A stretch of DNA of 61,606 nt, filler included. It is 6 parts of 6 records of this genome, joined end to end, with 100 filler letters (N's around TTAATTAATTAA, not from the genome) between each part and the next. Parts side by side here need not be neighbours in the genome. Positions count along the whole stretch, not along the records: positions 36,554 to 47,694 come from DRR723986_13242; 5 more parts are not named here. One strand, written 5' to 3'. Both the position numbers and the translations under genes were made by a program. Shown here piece after piece: positions 36,555 to 47,078 of the stretch (the stretch's first letter is position 1; each line of letters opens with the position of its first letter). The notes beneath the pieces were generated by a model. That model searched no databases. It was not told the DNA's origin and saw only the letters and a list, made by a program, of their open reading frames with translations.

Positions 36555-37370
36555 GTCCAGTTCATGGGCAAGGACAACGTGCCATTTCACACGCTCAGCT
36601 TCCCAGCAACAATTCTGGGATCGGGCGAGCCGTGGAAAATGGTCGATCACCTGAAATCCTTTAACTACCTGAACTATGACGGTGGTCAGTTCTCGACCTC
36701 GCAGGGTCGCGGTGTGTTTATGGATCAAGCGCTTGATATTCTGCCTGCGGACTACTGGCGCTGGTGGCTGTTAAGCCATGCGCCCGAAAGCTCGGACAGC
36801 GAATTTACCTGGGACAACTTCCAGCAATCCGTGAACAAAGACCTTGCAGATGTTCTGGGCAACTTTGTCAGCCGGATCACCAAGTTCTGCCGGTCCAAGT
36901 TTGGGGAAGCTGTGCCAACAGATGGCGAATATGGCGAACAGGAACAAGCGCTTATCGCAGATCTGACCACCCGCGTTCGTGCCTATGAGGGGCACATGGA
37001 GGCGATGGAGGTTCGCAAGTCGGCACAAGAACTGCGCGCGATCTGGGTTGCTGGCAATGAATACCTGCAAAGCGCCGCGCCTTGGTCAACCTTCAAAACC
37101 GATCCAGAAAAAGCAGCGGCCCAAGTGCGGCTTGGTCTGAACCTGATCCGTCTCTATGCCGTGCTCAGCGCCCCGTTCATTCCCACTGCATCAGCAAGCA
37201 TGTTGAGCGCGATGAACACCTTGGACACTAGCTGGCCCGAAGATGTCGAGGCTGCATTGAATGCCCTGCCTGCTGGCCACGACTTCAAAGTGCCCGACGT
37301 CCTGTTCGCTAAGATCACTGATGAACAGAGCGAAGAGTGGCAAACCCGGTTCTCAGGAACCCGCGATTAA
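36555..37370 (+). CDS. metG: Methionine--tRNA ligase, 3' part
   Basis: [19 protein letters not shown] (KMSKS equivalent), [19 protein letters not shown]. Confidence 0.95.
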   Translation, partial: VQFMGKDNVPFHTLSFPATILGSGEPWKMVDHLKSFNYLNYDGGQFSTSQGRGVFMDQALDILPADYWRWWLLSHAPESSDSEFTWDNFQQSVNKDLADVLGNFVSRITKFCRSKFGEAVPTDGEYGEQEQALIADLTTRVRAYEGHMEAMEVRKSAQELRAIWVAGNEYLQSAAPWSTFKTDPEKAAAQVRLGLNLIRLYAVLSAPFIPTASASMLSAMNTLDTSWPEDVEAALNALPAGHDFKVPDVLFAKITDEQSEEWQTRFSGTRD

Positions 37371-37376
37371 ACAAAC

Positions 37377-37412
37377 AAAAAGGGGCGCCGAAAATATCAG
37401 CGCCCCTTTTTT
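37377..37412. terminator. Bidirectional Rho-independent terminator
   Basis: A5-GGGGCGC-loop-GCGCCCC-T6 between convergent genes. Confidence 0.88.
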
Positions 37413-37421
37413 GTTTCTAGA

Positions 37422-37640
37422 TCAGTCGACGATCGGCTGATTCAATACAAATGGCTCGGTTGGTGTCGCTGGCCCACCTTCAGCATCGCGAACCTCATGG
37501 CCGATGTCTGAACAGATCGTATAATTTCCACCTGCACAGGCGGATTTTTGTGATTTCACACTGTCTGGCAAGCTGCGCATTGGATTTGCACAGGCAGCTA
37601 GCAACACAGGTATCAAAGCACACAAAAGTACTTTTCCCAT
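37422..37640 (-). CDS. Small lipoprotein, hypothetical
   Basis: Lipobox LAAC, additional C..G....C motif, GGGGA RBS. Confidence 0.7.
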   Translation of the reverse strand: MGKVLLCALIPVLLAACANPMRSLPDSVKSQKSACAGGNYTICSDIGHEVRDAEGGPATPTEPFVLNQPIVD

Positions 37641-38023
37641 TTCAGTCCCCCTTCAAATTTGACGCTATTTTGCGCCAAAACTCGAAAAAAGCCAACTCTT
37701 CCGTGATCAGAAGCGATGGCAATTGAAAAATTCCGTGAATACTGTTTCCAAAGCGATCCAAATAAGATGCAGTAGGCCAAAATCGTTGCTCATATCAGAA
37801 CAAACGAAACACCCTCAGAAACGAGATTTATGGCAAATCTCCGAATCCGCGTCCCTCATGGGTTCTTTTAACAGCGGATCGCGGCCTATGACCTTAGGGT
37901 CACCGCTTGAGAAAACTCGAAAATGCGGCCATCCTATTGGAAATACAGCTCGACTCGGCTGCAGCGACATTCGTGAGCTCTGAATGTTGTCATATAACTT
38001 GTAAAACCAATGAGGCGATTTGC

Positions 38024-39196
38024 ATGCCAATTTTTCTTTCTGACTTTTCCGTTGGGCACAGAAATGCTCTGACACGGCTACGCGCCACAGGGTTTGCATT
38101 GCTCTGCGTCGCCTTCGCCACGCCAGCACTGGCGCAGGACAGTACCGACCAACCCGCTCCAAAAGTCTCCATTGCCGCCGCATTTACCAAAGAGATCACC
38201 GACGAGGCGGTCTTTATCGGACGCGGCGAAGCCATTGATAGTGTTGATATCGTCGCTCGTGTTAGCGGGTTTCTCGACGAAAGTGCTGTGGAAGACGGCG
38301 CATCCGTCACCAAAGGCGAACTGCTGTTTCGGATCGAACCGGACCTCTACCAAGCAACGCTAGAGGCCCGTAAAGCGGATCTTGATAAAGCAGAAGCCAA
38401 CTTAGAGCTCGCCCGGGTTGAACTAACCCGCAAAGAGGAGTTGCTAAAACGGGATGCGACACCGGTTTCTGAACGCGACATCGCACGCGCCAACGAATTG
38501 GTCGCCGAAGCGCAAGTCAAAGCAGCCCATGCCGCTATTCAGCAAGCCGAGCTTGATCTCAGCTATACCGAAATCCAAGCCCCCTTTGATGGGCGGATCG
38601 GCCGTGTCAACACCAGCGAAGGTGATGTGGTTGGCCCATCGCATCCGGCACTGGTGACTTTGGTGCGCGACACACCGATCTATGTGACCTTTTCGCTGAA
38701 CGAAAAACAGCTTGTCGATGTGCTGCAAGAACTGGGCCAGACCAGCGGTTCATTGGCTGAAAGCGGCAAAAGCCCGGACGTGTACCTACAACTGCCCAAT
38801 GGCACCCCCCTGAAAGAGGTCGGGACCATCGTTTTTGTCGACAACCGGATTGATCCTTTGACTGGGGCCATTTCCTTGCGGGCTCAGTTCGACAACACCG
38901 AACAGCTGATCGTTGATGGATCATTCTTGCATGTGCGTATTCAGGCGTTGAACCCGACCAGCCGTGTCCTCATTCCGCAGGCCGCATTGCAACGGGATCA
39001 GCGCGGTGAATTCGTTTTGTTGGTAAACGACAAACAGATGGTCGAACAGCGCTACATCCAAACCGGTGATCCGGTGGACAACACAATCATCGTGCTGGAT
39101 GGGTTGCAAGAGGGCGAAAGCGTGATTGTAGAAGGTCTGCAACGTGTCCGCCCCGGTGTCGCGGTGGACGCCATCGTCGCGACCGACGGGGAATAA
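38024..39196 (+). CDS. RND efflux periplasmic adaptor (AcrA-like)
   Basis: ARVSGFL, IQAPFDGRIG, VDNRIDPLTG, IPQAAL, VEGLQRVRPG. Confidence 0.93.
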   Translation: MPIFLSDFSVGHRNALTRLRATGFALLCVAFATPALAQDSTDQPAPKVSIAAAFTKEITDEAVFIGRGEAIDSVDIVARVSGFLDESAVEDGASVTKGELLFRIEPDLYQATLEARKADLDKAEANLELARVELTRKEELLKRDATPVSERDIARANELVAEAQVKAAHAAIQQAELDLSYTEIQAPFDGRIGRVNTSEGDVVGPSHPALVTLVRDTPIYVTFSLNEKQLVDVLQELGQTSGSLAESGKSPDVYLQLPNGTPLKEVGTIVFVDNRIDPLTGAISLRAQFDNTEQLIVDGSFLHVRIQALNPTSRVLIPQAALQRDQRGEFVLLVNDKQMVEQRYIQTGDPVDNTIIVLDGLQEGESVIVEGLQRVRPGVAVDAIVATDGE

Positions 39197-39199
39197 ACA

Positions 39200-42100
39200 A
39201 TGTTCTCAGCTATTTTTATCAATCGGCCCAAGATGGCCATCGTCATTTCCTTGGTTTTGACGATCATGGGCACGATTGGGTACTTTGCCCTGCCTGTCGC
39301 CCAATTCCCTGACATCACCCCCCCGGTGGTCAACGTCAGCGCCAACTATACTGGCGCAAGCGCCGAAACCGTCGAAAACGCAGTTGCCGCCCCGATCGAG
39401 GCGCAGGTCAACGGCGTCGATGACATGATCTATATGACTTCCACGTCTTCGGACAATGGTGGGTATTCCCTGCAGGTCACGTTCGAAGTGGGCACAGACC
39501 CCGATATTGCCTCAGTCAACGTACAAAACCGGGTGGCGCAAGCCATGGCTTCGCTCCCGTCCGAAGTGACCTCATCCGGCGTTGTGACGCAAAAGGCATC
39601 AACCAACATGTTGATGGTGGTCACGCTCACCTCGCCCAACGAGACCTATGACGACGTCTTTTTGTCCAACTATGCGTCGATCAACCTCAAGGATGCTTTG
39701 GCCCGCGTGGCCGGTGTTGGTAAAGCCGACGTTCTGACCGATCTGCAATACGCCATGCGCATGTGGATGGACCCGGATAAAATGGCAGGTCTGGGGATTA
39801 CTCCCGGTGACCTGATCAACGCCGTGCGCGAACAAAACCTCGAAGTTTCCGCCGGTCAGATCGGCTCCCCTCCTGTGCCCGGCGATCAAACGTTCCAATA
39901 CACGATCAAAAGCAAAGGCCGACTGGATTCGACCGAAGAGTTCGAAAATATCGTTATCCGAACCGGGGATGCAGGCGCCATCGTCAAGGTCAAAGACGTG
40001 GCCCGTGTAGAGCTGGGTGCACAATTCTATACAGCTTCGGGCTATTTCCAGGGAAATCCCGCAACCGTCATGGGCATTTACCAAGCTCCCGGTGCCAACG
40101 CGCTTGCGGTATCCGAGGCTGTTACAGCAGAGCTAGAGCGCCTGTCCCGCGCCTTTCCCAGTGACTTGGAATATAAGATCCCGTTCAACACAACCGATTT
40201 CGTTGAACAATCTTTGAACGATGTTGTATCGACTCTGATGCTCACCTTTGCACTGGTGATTTCAGTTGTGTTTATTTTCCTGGGATCCTGGCGGGCAACC
40301 ATCATTCCAGCCGTTGCCATTCCTGTGTCTTTGATCGGGACTTTTGCGTTTCTGCTGGCCTTTGGCATGTCGCTCAACACTATTTCCCTGTTCGCGCTTG
40401 TTCTTGCTATTGGTATCGTGGTGGATGACGCCATCGTTGTGGTGGAAAACGTCGAACGCCTGATCGCCGACGAGGGGCTCCCCCCCGCGGAAGCCACACG
40501 CAAAGCCATGAGTCAGATCACCGGGCCGGTGATTGCCACCACCCTTGTTCTGCTCGCGGTATTTGTCCCCGTCACATTTATGCCGGGCATTACGGGACGC
40601 CTGTATTCCCAGTTCGCGGTGACGATTTCGACCGCGGTTGTGATCTCTTCGATCAACGCGTTGACGCTGTCTCCGGCCCTCTGTGCGATTGTTCTTAAGG
40701 CCCGGTCCGGTCCCCCAAAAGGGATCTTGGCCACATTCGAGAACGGCATTTCCGGGGTCCGGTCCATCTATATGGCATTTGTCACCAGAATGCTGCGTTT
40801 GCCGCTGATCGGACTGGCTCTTGTTGGGGTCTTTATTGTTGGGACTGGCACAATTTTTTCCAACACATCCAAAGGCTTTATCCCGCTGGAAGACAACGGA
40901 TACCTCTTTGTTGATGTTCAGCTTCCAGATGCGGCGGCATTGAATCGAACCGAAAAGGTCACCGCCCGAGTGAACGATCAAATCCGGGCGATTCCAGGCG
41001 TCAATAACACGGTTCTGGTCAACGGGTTTTCATTGCTGAACGGTGCGGCCGCTAACGCGGCCATGATTATCGTTGTGTTGGACAACTGGTCTGAACGAAG
41101 CGAAGAAACACTCAGCGCGGATGGCATTCTGAAACAGATCCTCGGCGTGGCCTATGGCGAAGCAGCCGCCTCGATCGTGGCCTTCAACCCGCCGCCAATT
41201 ACGGGTCTGGGCATGTCTGCCGGGGTCGAAATGGAGGTCCAGCAAACAGGCGGTGGCACCGCCCAAGATCTGTCAGCCGCCGTTGGATCGTTTGTCTACG
41301 CCGCCAACCAACGCCCAGAGATCGCCCAGTCCTACACCACCTTCCGGGCCAACGTTCCGCAGCTGTTTGTAGATCTTGACCGGGAAAAGGCCAAAACACT
41401 GCAAGTATCTGTGGCCGAGGTGTTCCAAACGATGCAAGCGCACCTGGGATCGTATTACGTCAACGACTTCAACCTCTATGGTCGTGTCTACCGCGTGATG
41501 ATTCAGGCCGAAGGCAGTTACCGTGACAAAGTCGAAGACATCTCGAACCTGTACGTCCGTTCAACCAAAGGTCAAATGGTACAGCTCGGAACCTTGGTGG
41601 ATGTGGAAAACGTTTTGGGTCCGGTTTTGCTCAAGCGCCACAACCTGTTCCGCTCAGCGACCGTGACGGCCGTGCCTGCCGCTGGCTTGTCGTCGGGGGA
41701 TGCCATTCGGGTCATGACCGAGGAATCCGCAACCGCCCTACCGCCCGGATATGCCTTTGAATGGACCGGGACCGCGCAACAACAGCTCAGCTCGGCCGGG
41801 TTGGTTCAGGTTATCATGGGGCTGGCCGTCTTGTTTGGGTACCTGTTCTTGGTGGCCCAATACGAAAGCTGGACCATGCCTGTGTCCATCCTGATGTCCG
41901 TTATCGTGGCTCTGTTTGGCGCGGTGGCAGCGGTGGCTATCGTGGGCAGTGACATCAACCTCTACACCCAGATTGGGATGATCATGTTGATTGGCCTTGC
42001 CTCTAAAAACGCCATTCTCATCGTTGAATTTGCGATGGAGCAACGGGCGCAGGGACTCAGCATCCGCGAAGCAGCTGCCGAAGCTGCAACCCAGCGTTTC

Positions 42101-42352
42101 CGAGCCGTTATGATGACTGCTTTGTCGTTCTTGCTTGGCGTTGTCCCCTTGCTGACCGCCAATGGCGCGGGCGCTGCCAGTCAGCAGGCAATCGGGATCG
42201 CAGTCTTTGGGGGGATGCTTGCCGCAACCGTCGTCGGTGTGATGCTGGTGCCTGTTCTTTACGCGCTCATGCAGGAGCTGCGCGAATGGGTCAAAGGGTT
42301 CTTAAAAGGCGATTCTCAACCACCGGCGGACCCTCCTACCCCAGCTGAGTAA
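39200..42352 (+). CDS. RND efflux permease, HAE1 (AcrB-like)
   Basis: 1050 aa; [49 protein letters not shown]. Confidence 0.96.
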   Translation: MFSAIFINRPKMAIVISLVLTIMGTIGYFALPVAQFPDITPPVVNVSANYTGASAETVENAVAAPIEAQVNGVDDMIYMTSTSSDNGGYSLQVTFEVGTDPDIASVNVQNRVAQAMASLPSEVTSSGVVTQKASTNMLMVVTLTSPNETYDDVFLSNYASINLKDALARVAGVGKADVLTDLQYAMRMWMDPDKMAGLGITPGDLINAVREQNLEVSAGQIGSPPVPGDQTFQYTIKSKGRLDSTEEFENIVIRTGDAGAIVKVKDVARVELGAQFYTASGYFQGNPATVMGIYQAPGANALAVSEAVTAELERLSRAFPSDLEYKIPFNTTDFVEQSLNDVVSTLMLTFALVISVVFIFLGSWRATIIPAVAIPVSLIGTFAFLLAFGMSLNTISLFALVLAIGIVVDDAIVVVENVERLIADEGLPPAEATRKAMSQITGPVIATTLVLLAVFVPVTFMPGITGRLYSQFAVTISTAVVISSINALTLSPALCAIVLKARSGPPKGILATFENGISGVRSIYMAFVTRMLRLPLIGLALVGVFIVGTGTIFSNTSKGFIPLEDNGYLFVDVQLPDAAALNRTEKVTARVNDQIRAIPGVNNTVLVNGFSLLNGAAANAAMIIVVLDNWSERSEETLSADGILKQILGVAYGEAAASIVAFNPPPITGLGMSAGVEMEVQQTGGGTAQDLSAAVGSFVYAANQRPEIAQSYTTFRANVPQLFVDLDREKAKTLQVSVAEVFQTMQAHLGSYYVNDFNLYGRVYRVMIQAEGSYRDKVEDISNLYVRSTKGQMVQLGTLVDVENVLGPVLLKRHNLFRSATVTAVPAAGLSSGDAIRVMTEESATALPPGYAFEWTGTAQQQLSSAGLVQVIMGLAVLFGYLFLVAQYESWTMPVSILMSVIVALFGAVAAVAIVGSDINLYTQIGMIMLIGLASKNAILIVEFAMEQRAQGLSIREAAAEAATQRFRAVMMTALSFLLGVVPLLTANGAGAASQQAIGIAVFGGMLAATVVGVMLVPVLYALMQELREWVKGFLKGDSQPPADPPTPAE

Positions 42353-42381
42353 CCGTCAAAAACCGTACCAAATCACCAAAG

Positions 42382-42412
42382 AACGCCCTGCCTTGCGCGG
42401 GGCGTTTTTTTT
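42382..42412 (+). terminator. Rho-independent terminator after the RND permease
   Basis: AACGCCCTGC-CTTGC-GCGGGGCG-T8. Confidence 0.85.
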
Positions 42413-42474
42413 GGTGCACTCGTCAGTCCTGCGTGCGCTAACCACAGCCTGCATTACCCGGCTCTGCACCTTTC

Positions 42475-42503
42475 TTGCCTTATCCTCCTGGGGGGGATAC
42501 AAT
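42475..42503 (+). promoter_or_regulatory. Sigma-70 promoter with a CsoR/RcnR-type operator in the spacer
   Basis: TTGCCT-N17-TACAAT; the spacer holds TATCC-TCCTGGGGG-GGATA (inverted repeat around a C/G tract). Confidence 0.75.
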
Positions 42504-42509
42504 TCCCTA

Positions 42510-42758
42510 ATGACAGAACACACATCACACCCGAAAATCGTGGCCCGCCTCAAACGGGCCAATGGGCATTTGGCCAGCGTTATCGATATGATTGAACAGG
42601 GCCGCCCCTGCACTGATATCGCCCAGCAAATGCACGCGGTTGAAAAGGCAATCACAAACGCAAAGCGCGCGTTGATCCACGATCACATTGATCACTGCCT
42701 CGACAGTGCTGGGCCGGGCGACACCGCCGGGTTCAAAGAAATCACACGTTATCTGTAA
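42510..42758 (+). CDS. nreA: CsoR/RcnR family metal-sensing repressor (NreA-like)
   Basis: H..H.KIVARLKRANGHL, PCTDIAQQMHAV, DHIDHCL, FKEITRYL. Confidence 0.85.
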   Translation: MTEHTSHPKIVARLKRANGHLASVIDMIEQGRPCTDIAQQMHAVEKAITNAKRALIHDHIDHCLDSAGPGDTAGFKEITRYL

Positions 42759-42761
42759 CCC

Positions 42762-43979
42762 ATGCTGAGTGTCCTCAAACATCGCACCTATCTGCATCTC
42801 TTTCTCGCTCAGGTGTTGGCCCTCATGGGCACAGGCCTTGCGACCGTCGCCCTAGGATTGTTGGCCTATGACCTGGCTGGGGATCAAGCGGGGTTGGTAC
42901 TGGGGACAGCACTCACTATCAAAATGCTCGCCTATGTTACACTGGCGCCCATCGCCGCGGCCTTTACGGAACAACTCAACCGACGTTCTATGCTGGTGGT
43001 TCTGGATCTGATCCGAGCGGTCGCTGCGTTCTGCTTGCTGTTTGTGGATGCCATCTGGCAAATTTACGCTCTGATCTTTGTACTACAGGCTTCGTCCGCG
43101 GCCTTTACCCCCACGTTTCAGGCAACCATACCCGACATTCTGCCGGATGAGACAGACTATACCAACGCACTGTCTCTCTCCCGTCTGGCTTATGATCTGG
43201 AAAGCTTGCTCAGCCCAATCCTTGCGGCGGCTCTTTTGACGCTCATGCCCTTTGATACGTTATTCTTGGGCACTGTTCTGGGCTTTCTGGCCTCGGCAAT
43301 TCTGGTCCGCACCGTATCGCTGCCATCCCCAAAGCCGTCCAAACCAAGGGGCGTCTGGGATCGCACCACGCGCGGGCTTAGGATTTATCTTGCAACGCCA
43401 CGTCTGCGCGGGTTGTTGGCGATGTGCTTCACGTTGTCCATGGTCGGCTCCATGGTGTTGGTCAACACAGTGGTTCTTGTGCGCGCCACACTTGGATATG
43501 GCGACACCGCCGTCGCCCTGACCCTGTGCGGCTTCGGGGCTGGGTCCGTGACGCTGGCCCTGATCATGCCGCAAATGCTGCAGAGCCATTCAGATCGCGC
43601 TGTCATGCTCGCAGGAGCCTGGGCCATGTGCCTCGCGGGTCTGGGCCTGACCGTCTGGGCCTCAGTGTTCGGCTTTAGCTTAGTCAGCCTCATGACGGCA
43701 TGGTTTGTACTGGGGATGGGGTTCTCGGCCATTCTGACCCCCTCTGGCCGCCTGCTGCGCCGCTCTGCCGCTGCTGAAGATCGCCCTGCCCTGTTTGCAG
43801 CTCAGTTCACCCTGTCGCATGCCTGCTGGTTAATCGGCTACCCTCTGTCGGGTTGGCTGATGTCGCGCATGGATGGGGCAACGACGCTCGGAATACTCAC
43901 CGCCGCAGGGTTTCTGGGTTTGGCCTGTGCCACGCGCCTGTGGCCTGCGGTGCCAGCGCCTGAACGCTCAGCGCCCTAA
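42762..43979 (+). CDS. nreB: MFS transporter, NreB/NrsD-like nickel exporter
   Basis: GTGLATVALGLLAYDLAG, FTPTFQATIPD, LSRLAYDLE, FAAQFTLSHACWL; follows nreA by 3 nt. Confidence 0.8.
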   Translation: MLSVLKHRTYLHLFLAQVLALMGTGLATVALGLLAYDLAGDQAGLVLGTALTIKMLAYVTLAPIAAAFTEQLNRRSMLVVLDLIRAVAAFCLLFVDAIWQIYALIFVLQASSAAFTPTFQATIPDILPDETDYTNALSLSRLAYDLESLLSPILAAALLTLMPFDTLFLGTVLGFLASAILVRTVSLPSPKPSKPRGVWDRTTRGLRIYLATPRLRGLLAMCFTLSMVGSMVLVNTVVLVRATLGYGDTAVALTLCGFGAGSVTLALIMPQMLQSHSDRAVMLAGAWAMCLAGLGLTVWASVFGFSLVSLMTAWFVLGMGFSAILTPSGRLLRRSAAAEDRPALFAAQFTLSHACWLIGYPLSGWLMSRMDGATTLGILTAAGFLGLACATRLWPAVPAPERSAP

Positions 43980-44053
43980 CACCCCTTCCAGACGGTTCAG
44001 ACCAACGCCAAGGGCTCGGCAGATCCTTGGCGCATTCCAGACCTTGAGACACC

Positions 44054-44083
44054 AAAAGACCTCGGCAAAATTTCCCGAGGTCT
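44054..44083. terminator. Hairpin/terminator between nreB and the DUF4041 gene
   Basis: AAAAGACCTCGG-CAAAATTTC-CCGAGGTCT. Confidence 0.6.
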
Positions 44084-44113
44084 CTCGCTTTCTTGGGCTT
44101 GGTTTGAATGAGA

Positions 44114-45481
44114 TCAGATCTCAGCAGGAAGCACGTCTTCATCTCTATTGTTTGATTCCAATAGCTTCTCTTTTCTCCTGGCCATTGTCTCGTGCCATTC
44201 CTGAGCTTCGCGGTCTGTGAAGAAGTCAGCGTCTGGAGCGTGTCTGACCACCGCATTTTCCACCTCATCCAGTGAAACTCGGAAAAACTCTTTTCTCATG
44301 TTCGCCATATTCACACGCTTTTCCGCAAACTCTTTGTGGAGAGCTGCTTCCAATGCTGGAGCCTCCTCAGAATAGATCATCGCATGAGTGTCAAAGGTGA
44401 AGGGAACACTGGCATCTCCCAACTCCCGCACGCGATCACTGGGGTCCAGACGTCGGGTCAGGCCAATTTTGACCATGCCCTCTCCGAAGGAACCGATATT
44501 GGAGATGACATAGACATAGCCAGACTTCGTCATCTCCGCCATAGCACGCGCCCTTTCGCTCGTGGCGTGAGCTTGTTCCAATGCGGTTTCAAGTTCTTGA
44601 AGCTTCTTCTGCATGGCTTCGCTGGTCTCCCCAACGCCTGCTTCTTTCCGAGCTTTCTCGAGAAGTGCTTGATACTTCAGCTCATCTTTCTCAGCAGCCC
44701 GAGCTTCCACGAGAAGTTTCTTTTCTTCTCTTTCTGCCCTGGCGAGTTCTGCCCGCTCATCCTTTTCGATTTTCAGCTGCTCGCGGTATTCATGGGCCAG
44801 GTGCAGTTCATCAATTTTCATCGCCACATAGTCATCGTTGATGTGGAGATTCATTGAAGTGTTTTCTTTCGAGATCGCTTTGGCAGCATTCAGAATCCGC
44901 TTTTCCATTGCAACCACATTGTTCCAACGCGTGTTGGCGATCGCGGCTTCACACTCATTGTTAAAAGCCCGCATGGTCAATCGAGTTTGACGGTTGATCA
45001 TGGTTTGCCCCTTTGCGCGACTACCTTCGACGGTCCAATCTGTCGGGCAAATTGTTGCTTCCTTGGCCGATACCATCGCTTTCTGGCGGGCCCGTATTTC
45101 TTTGATCTGGTCCTTATAGGTTTCGCTATCACCAAAATCAAAATGTGGCTCATAGACACCGAGTTCCGCAAAAGCCAATCGGTCGTCATAAACTGCAACC
45201 TGTTCTTTCAATCGGCCAAGCAGCTTGTGCTTCTCCGCATATGTTTCTCGCGTCTTTTGAATGCCACTTTCAAGCTCAACGGCATCCTTCTGCAATCGTT
45301 CGACTTCGGTTTCGATGGATGTGATCGCTGAATATTTTGTCTTGAGATGACCCAACTCTTCATCAACTGCTTCAGCATCTTTCGACGCTTTTGCCAGCTT
45401 CTTTCGGGCAAAGATCCATAGAACGAAAAACAGAGGAGCACTGAAAAACCAGAGCAATACGATAATAGTATAAGGGTCCAT
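44114..45481 (-). CDS. TM + coiled coil + DUF4041 + T5orf172/GIY-YIG nuclease (PD-lambda-1/SNIPE-like anti-phage protein)
   Basis: N-terminal hydrophobic helix; LGVYEPHFDF, MRAFNNECE, KIDELHL..EY (DUF4041); GYVYVISNIGSFG..VKIGLTRR..RVRELGDASVPF.FD.H..LE..LH..RKEFF. Confidence 0.88.
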   Translation of the reverse strand: MDPYTIIVLLWFFSAPLFFVLWIFARKKLAKASKDAEAVDEELGHLKTKYSAITSIETEVERLQKDAVELESGIQKTRETYAEKHKLLGRLKEQVAVYDDRLAFAELGVYEPHFDFGDSETYKDQIKEIRARQKAMVSAKEATICPTDWTVEGSRAKGQTMINRQTRLTMRAFNNECEAAIANTRWNNVVAMEKRILNAAKAISKENTSMNLHINDDYVAMKIDELHLAHEYREQLKIEKDERAELARAEREEKKLLVEARAAEKDELKYQALLEKARKEAGVGETSEAMQKKLQELETALEQAHATSERARAMAEMTKSGYVYVISNIGSFGEGMVKIGLTRRLDPSDRVRELGDASVPFTFDTHAMIYSEEAPALEAALHKEFAEKRVNMANMRKEFFRVSLDEVENAVVRHAPDADFFTDREAQEWHETMARRKEKLLESNNRDEDVLPAEI

Positions 45482-45559
45482 GAAAGTTCCATTTTTGCAA
45501 ATTTAATTGAAAAGCTACGCTCCAGCACAACTCATAGGGTAGTTGTGGTTTTACAGCGC

Positions 45560-46790
45560 CGCAAACAACAATTTCCCTGGATTACGCTAATCCCACAACC
45601 TCAAAAATGGGCTTTACCGCGCCTCGAACGTCTTCCAGAGCATTGTTCCGTGATACGGCCACGGCCTATATAGGAAAACCAACGACCTTCTGCGTCTCTC
45701 CATGGACTTTCAAACCAGATCAGACCCAAAGCTGTGGAAATTGCACGGACCGGAAATTGGTGATTGGAAATGGTGTCATATGGCCCTTGGGATCCCGATT
45801 GAAAGCAGGAGCCAGTGTGCCGTTGCTCTGCGGGAGTTTTCGAGCTCCGAGGCATTTTTGTCGAAATGCATGACATGCCATTCGAAACGATCTTCTTCGA
45901 TCCAATCTCTAAAAATATGCGGCACGACCCGAACCATGGATGCCTTTTGTTCTCCGACAATTGTCAGGCGCTTAGCAGGCAATAGATCACGAAGACACGC
46001 CAATGGCTTTCAGCACTGGCAAACAGTGTGGCTTCTTTGTAGCGCCCCATTGGTTTTTGAAAACGTATTGATGGGACTGTAAACTTGTGCCCGTTTCCTG
46101 TGCATAGGCTTGCCGCACATTTGTGGGCATCAGTTGGCCGTCCAGGAAATCCGCCTGAACTGCCTGAACTGGGTCAACCGCTGTACCGAAGTTTGCATCT
46201 ATGCGACATACATAGCCTGTGTCGATATCGGCACTGACGGAGAACTGCAGAGCTGTCAGGCGTCGATCGGAGCGGCTTTCCCAATTGACGCTGAGAACAA
46301 CATCGTCATGCGCATATGAGGATGGCCACCCTGTGGTTCGACCTTATCCCTCGACTCTTTCAGCTTCGCCCGCTCAAGCGCCAACAGAGTTTTTCCCAGC
46401 CAGAACATCCAGTTATAGTCGCGCTCGACCCCGCATTTCTTGCCCGTGTCTGGGTCGGCCAGCAGCTTTCGCAATGCGTTGATACTGGCACCATTGTCCA
46501 ACGCACGTAGTAGCCTGACATTGTCATGCATTTTTCCTGCTGTTGGTGATCAATGGATACTGAAAAGCGTGCTCCCGCTTTGCGCTTGCAAGGCTTGTGA
46601 AAACCCTGAATCCAGCTGGCTTTGCTTTACGCCCATTCTTTCCGGCGGGGATTTTTCCATGTGCGCCATTGAAGACAAAAGCACCCGGATGTTCAGGATA
46701 TCTTGCGCCGCAGTGGCCGAAAACTGAATCGCCATAACAGTTGAGGTTGGTTCTACACCCGATTTGGGGAAGAGGCAGTTTGGGCATGGA
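45560..46790 (-). pseudogene. Heavily decayed gene, probably a large transposase-like or mobile-element protein
   Basis: Protein-like blocks in shifting frames (HDNVRLLRAL..MFWLGKTLLALERAKL; HDDVVLSVNWESRSDRRLTALQFSVSADIDTGYVCRIDANF; RFQKPMGRYKEATLFASAE; IVGEQKASMVRVVPHIF; FPQLWV*..KVVGFPI*) with internal stops. Confidence 0.6.
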
Positions 46791-47078
46791 CTTCACAGCG
46801 ACACAGCCTTTTGGTTCTGTCTCGTTTGTTTAAGTCGCCCTCGGCTAGGCAGTGCTCATTTTGGCCAAAACCTCCAAACCCGAAGACTTCAGCGCATTTT
46901 TTGAAAAGTGTGGCTCCGGGACTTTTTTCCCGGTCAGCAATCAAATTTGCTATCTAAAAAGGTTATTCAATATCAAACGCCTGCCGAGCGAAAACTCTGC
47001 AGGCGTTGCTTTTGTGTCCCAAAGTCCGGGATGCCCCAGAAAATCCCCCGGGCCTTTCGTCTATTGTGACACCGCCTG

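Noticed and set aside
37823-37902. Short palindromes GAGATTT-N5-AAATCTC and TGACC-N4-GGTCA upstream of the RND operon
   Set aside because: Could be operators, but they are short and no cognate regulator is present in the contig
44044-47073. TTGAGACACC (44044) and TTGTGACACC (47064) as possible att or target-site repeats bounding the DUF4041 block
   Set aside because: Only 9/10 identity with no extension of similarity; could be chance and needs an empty-site comparison
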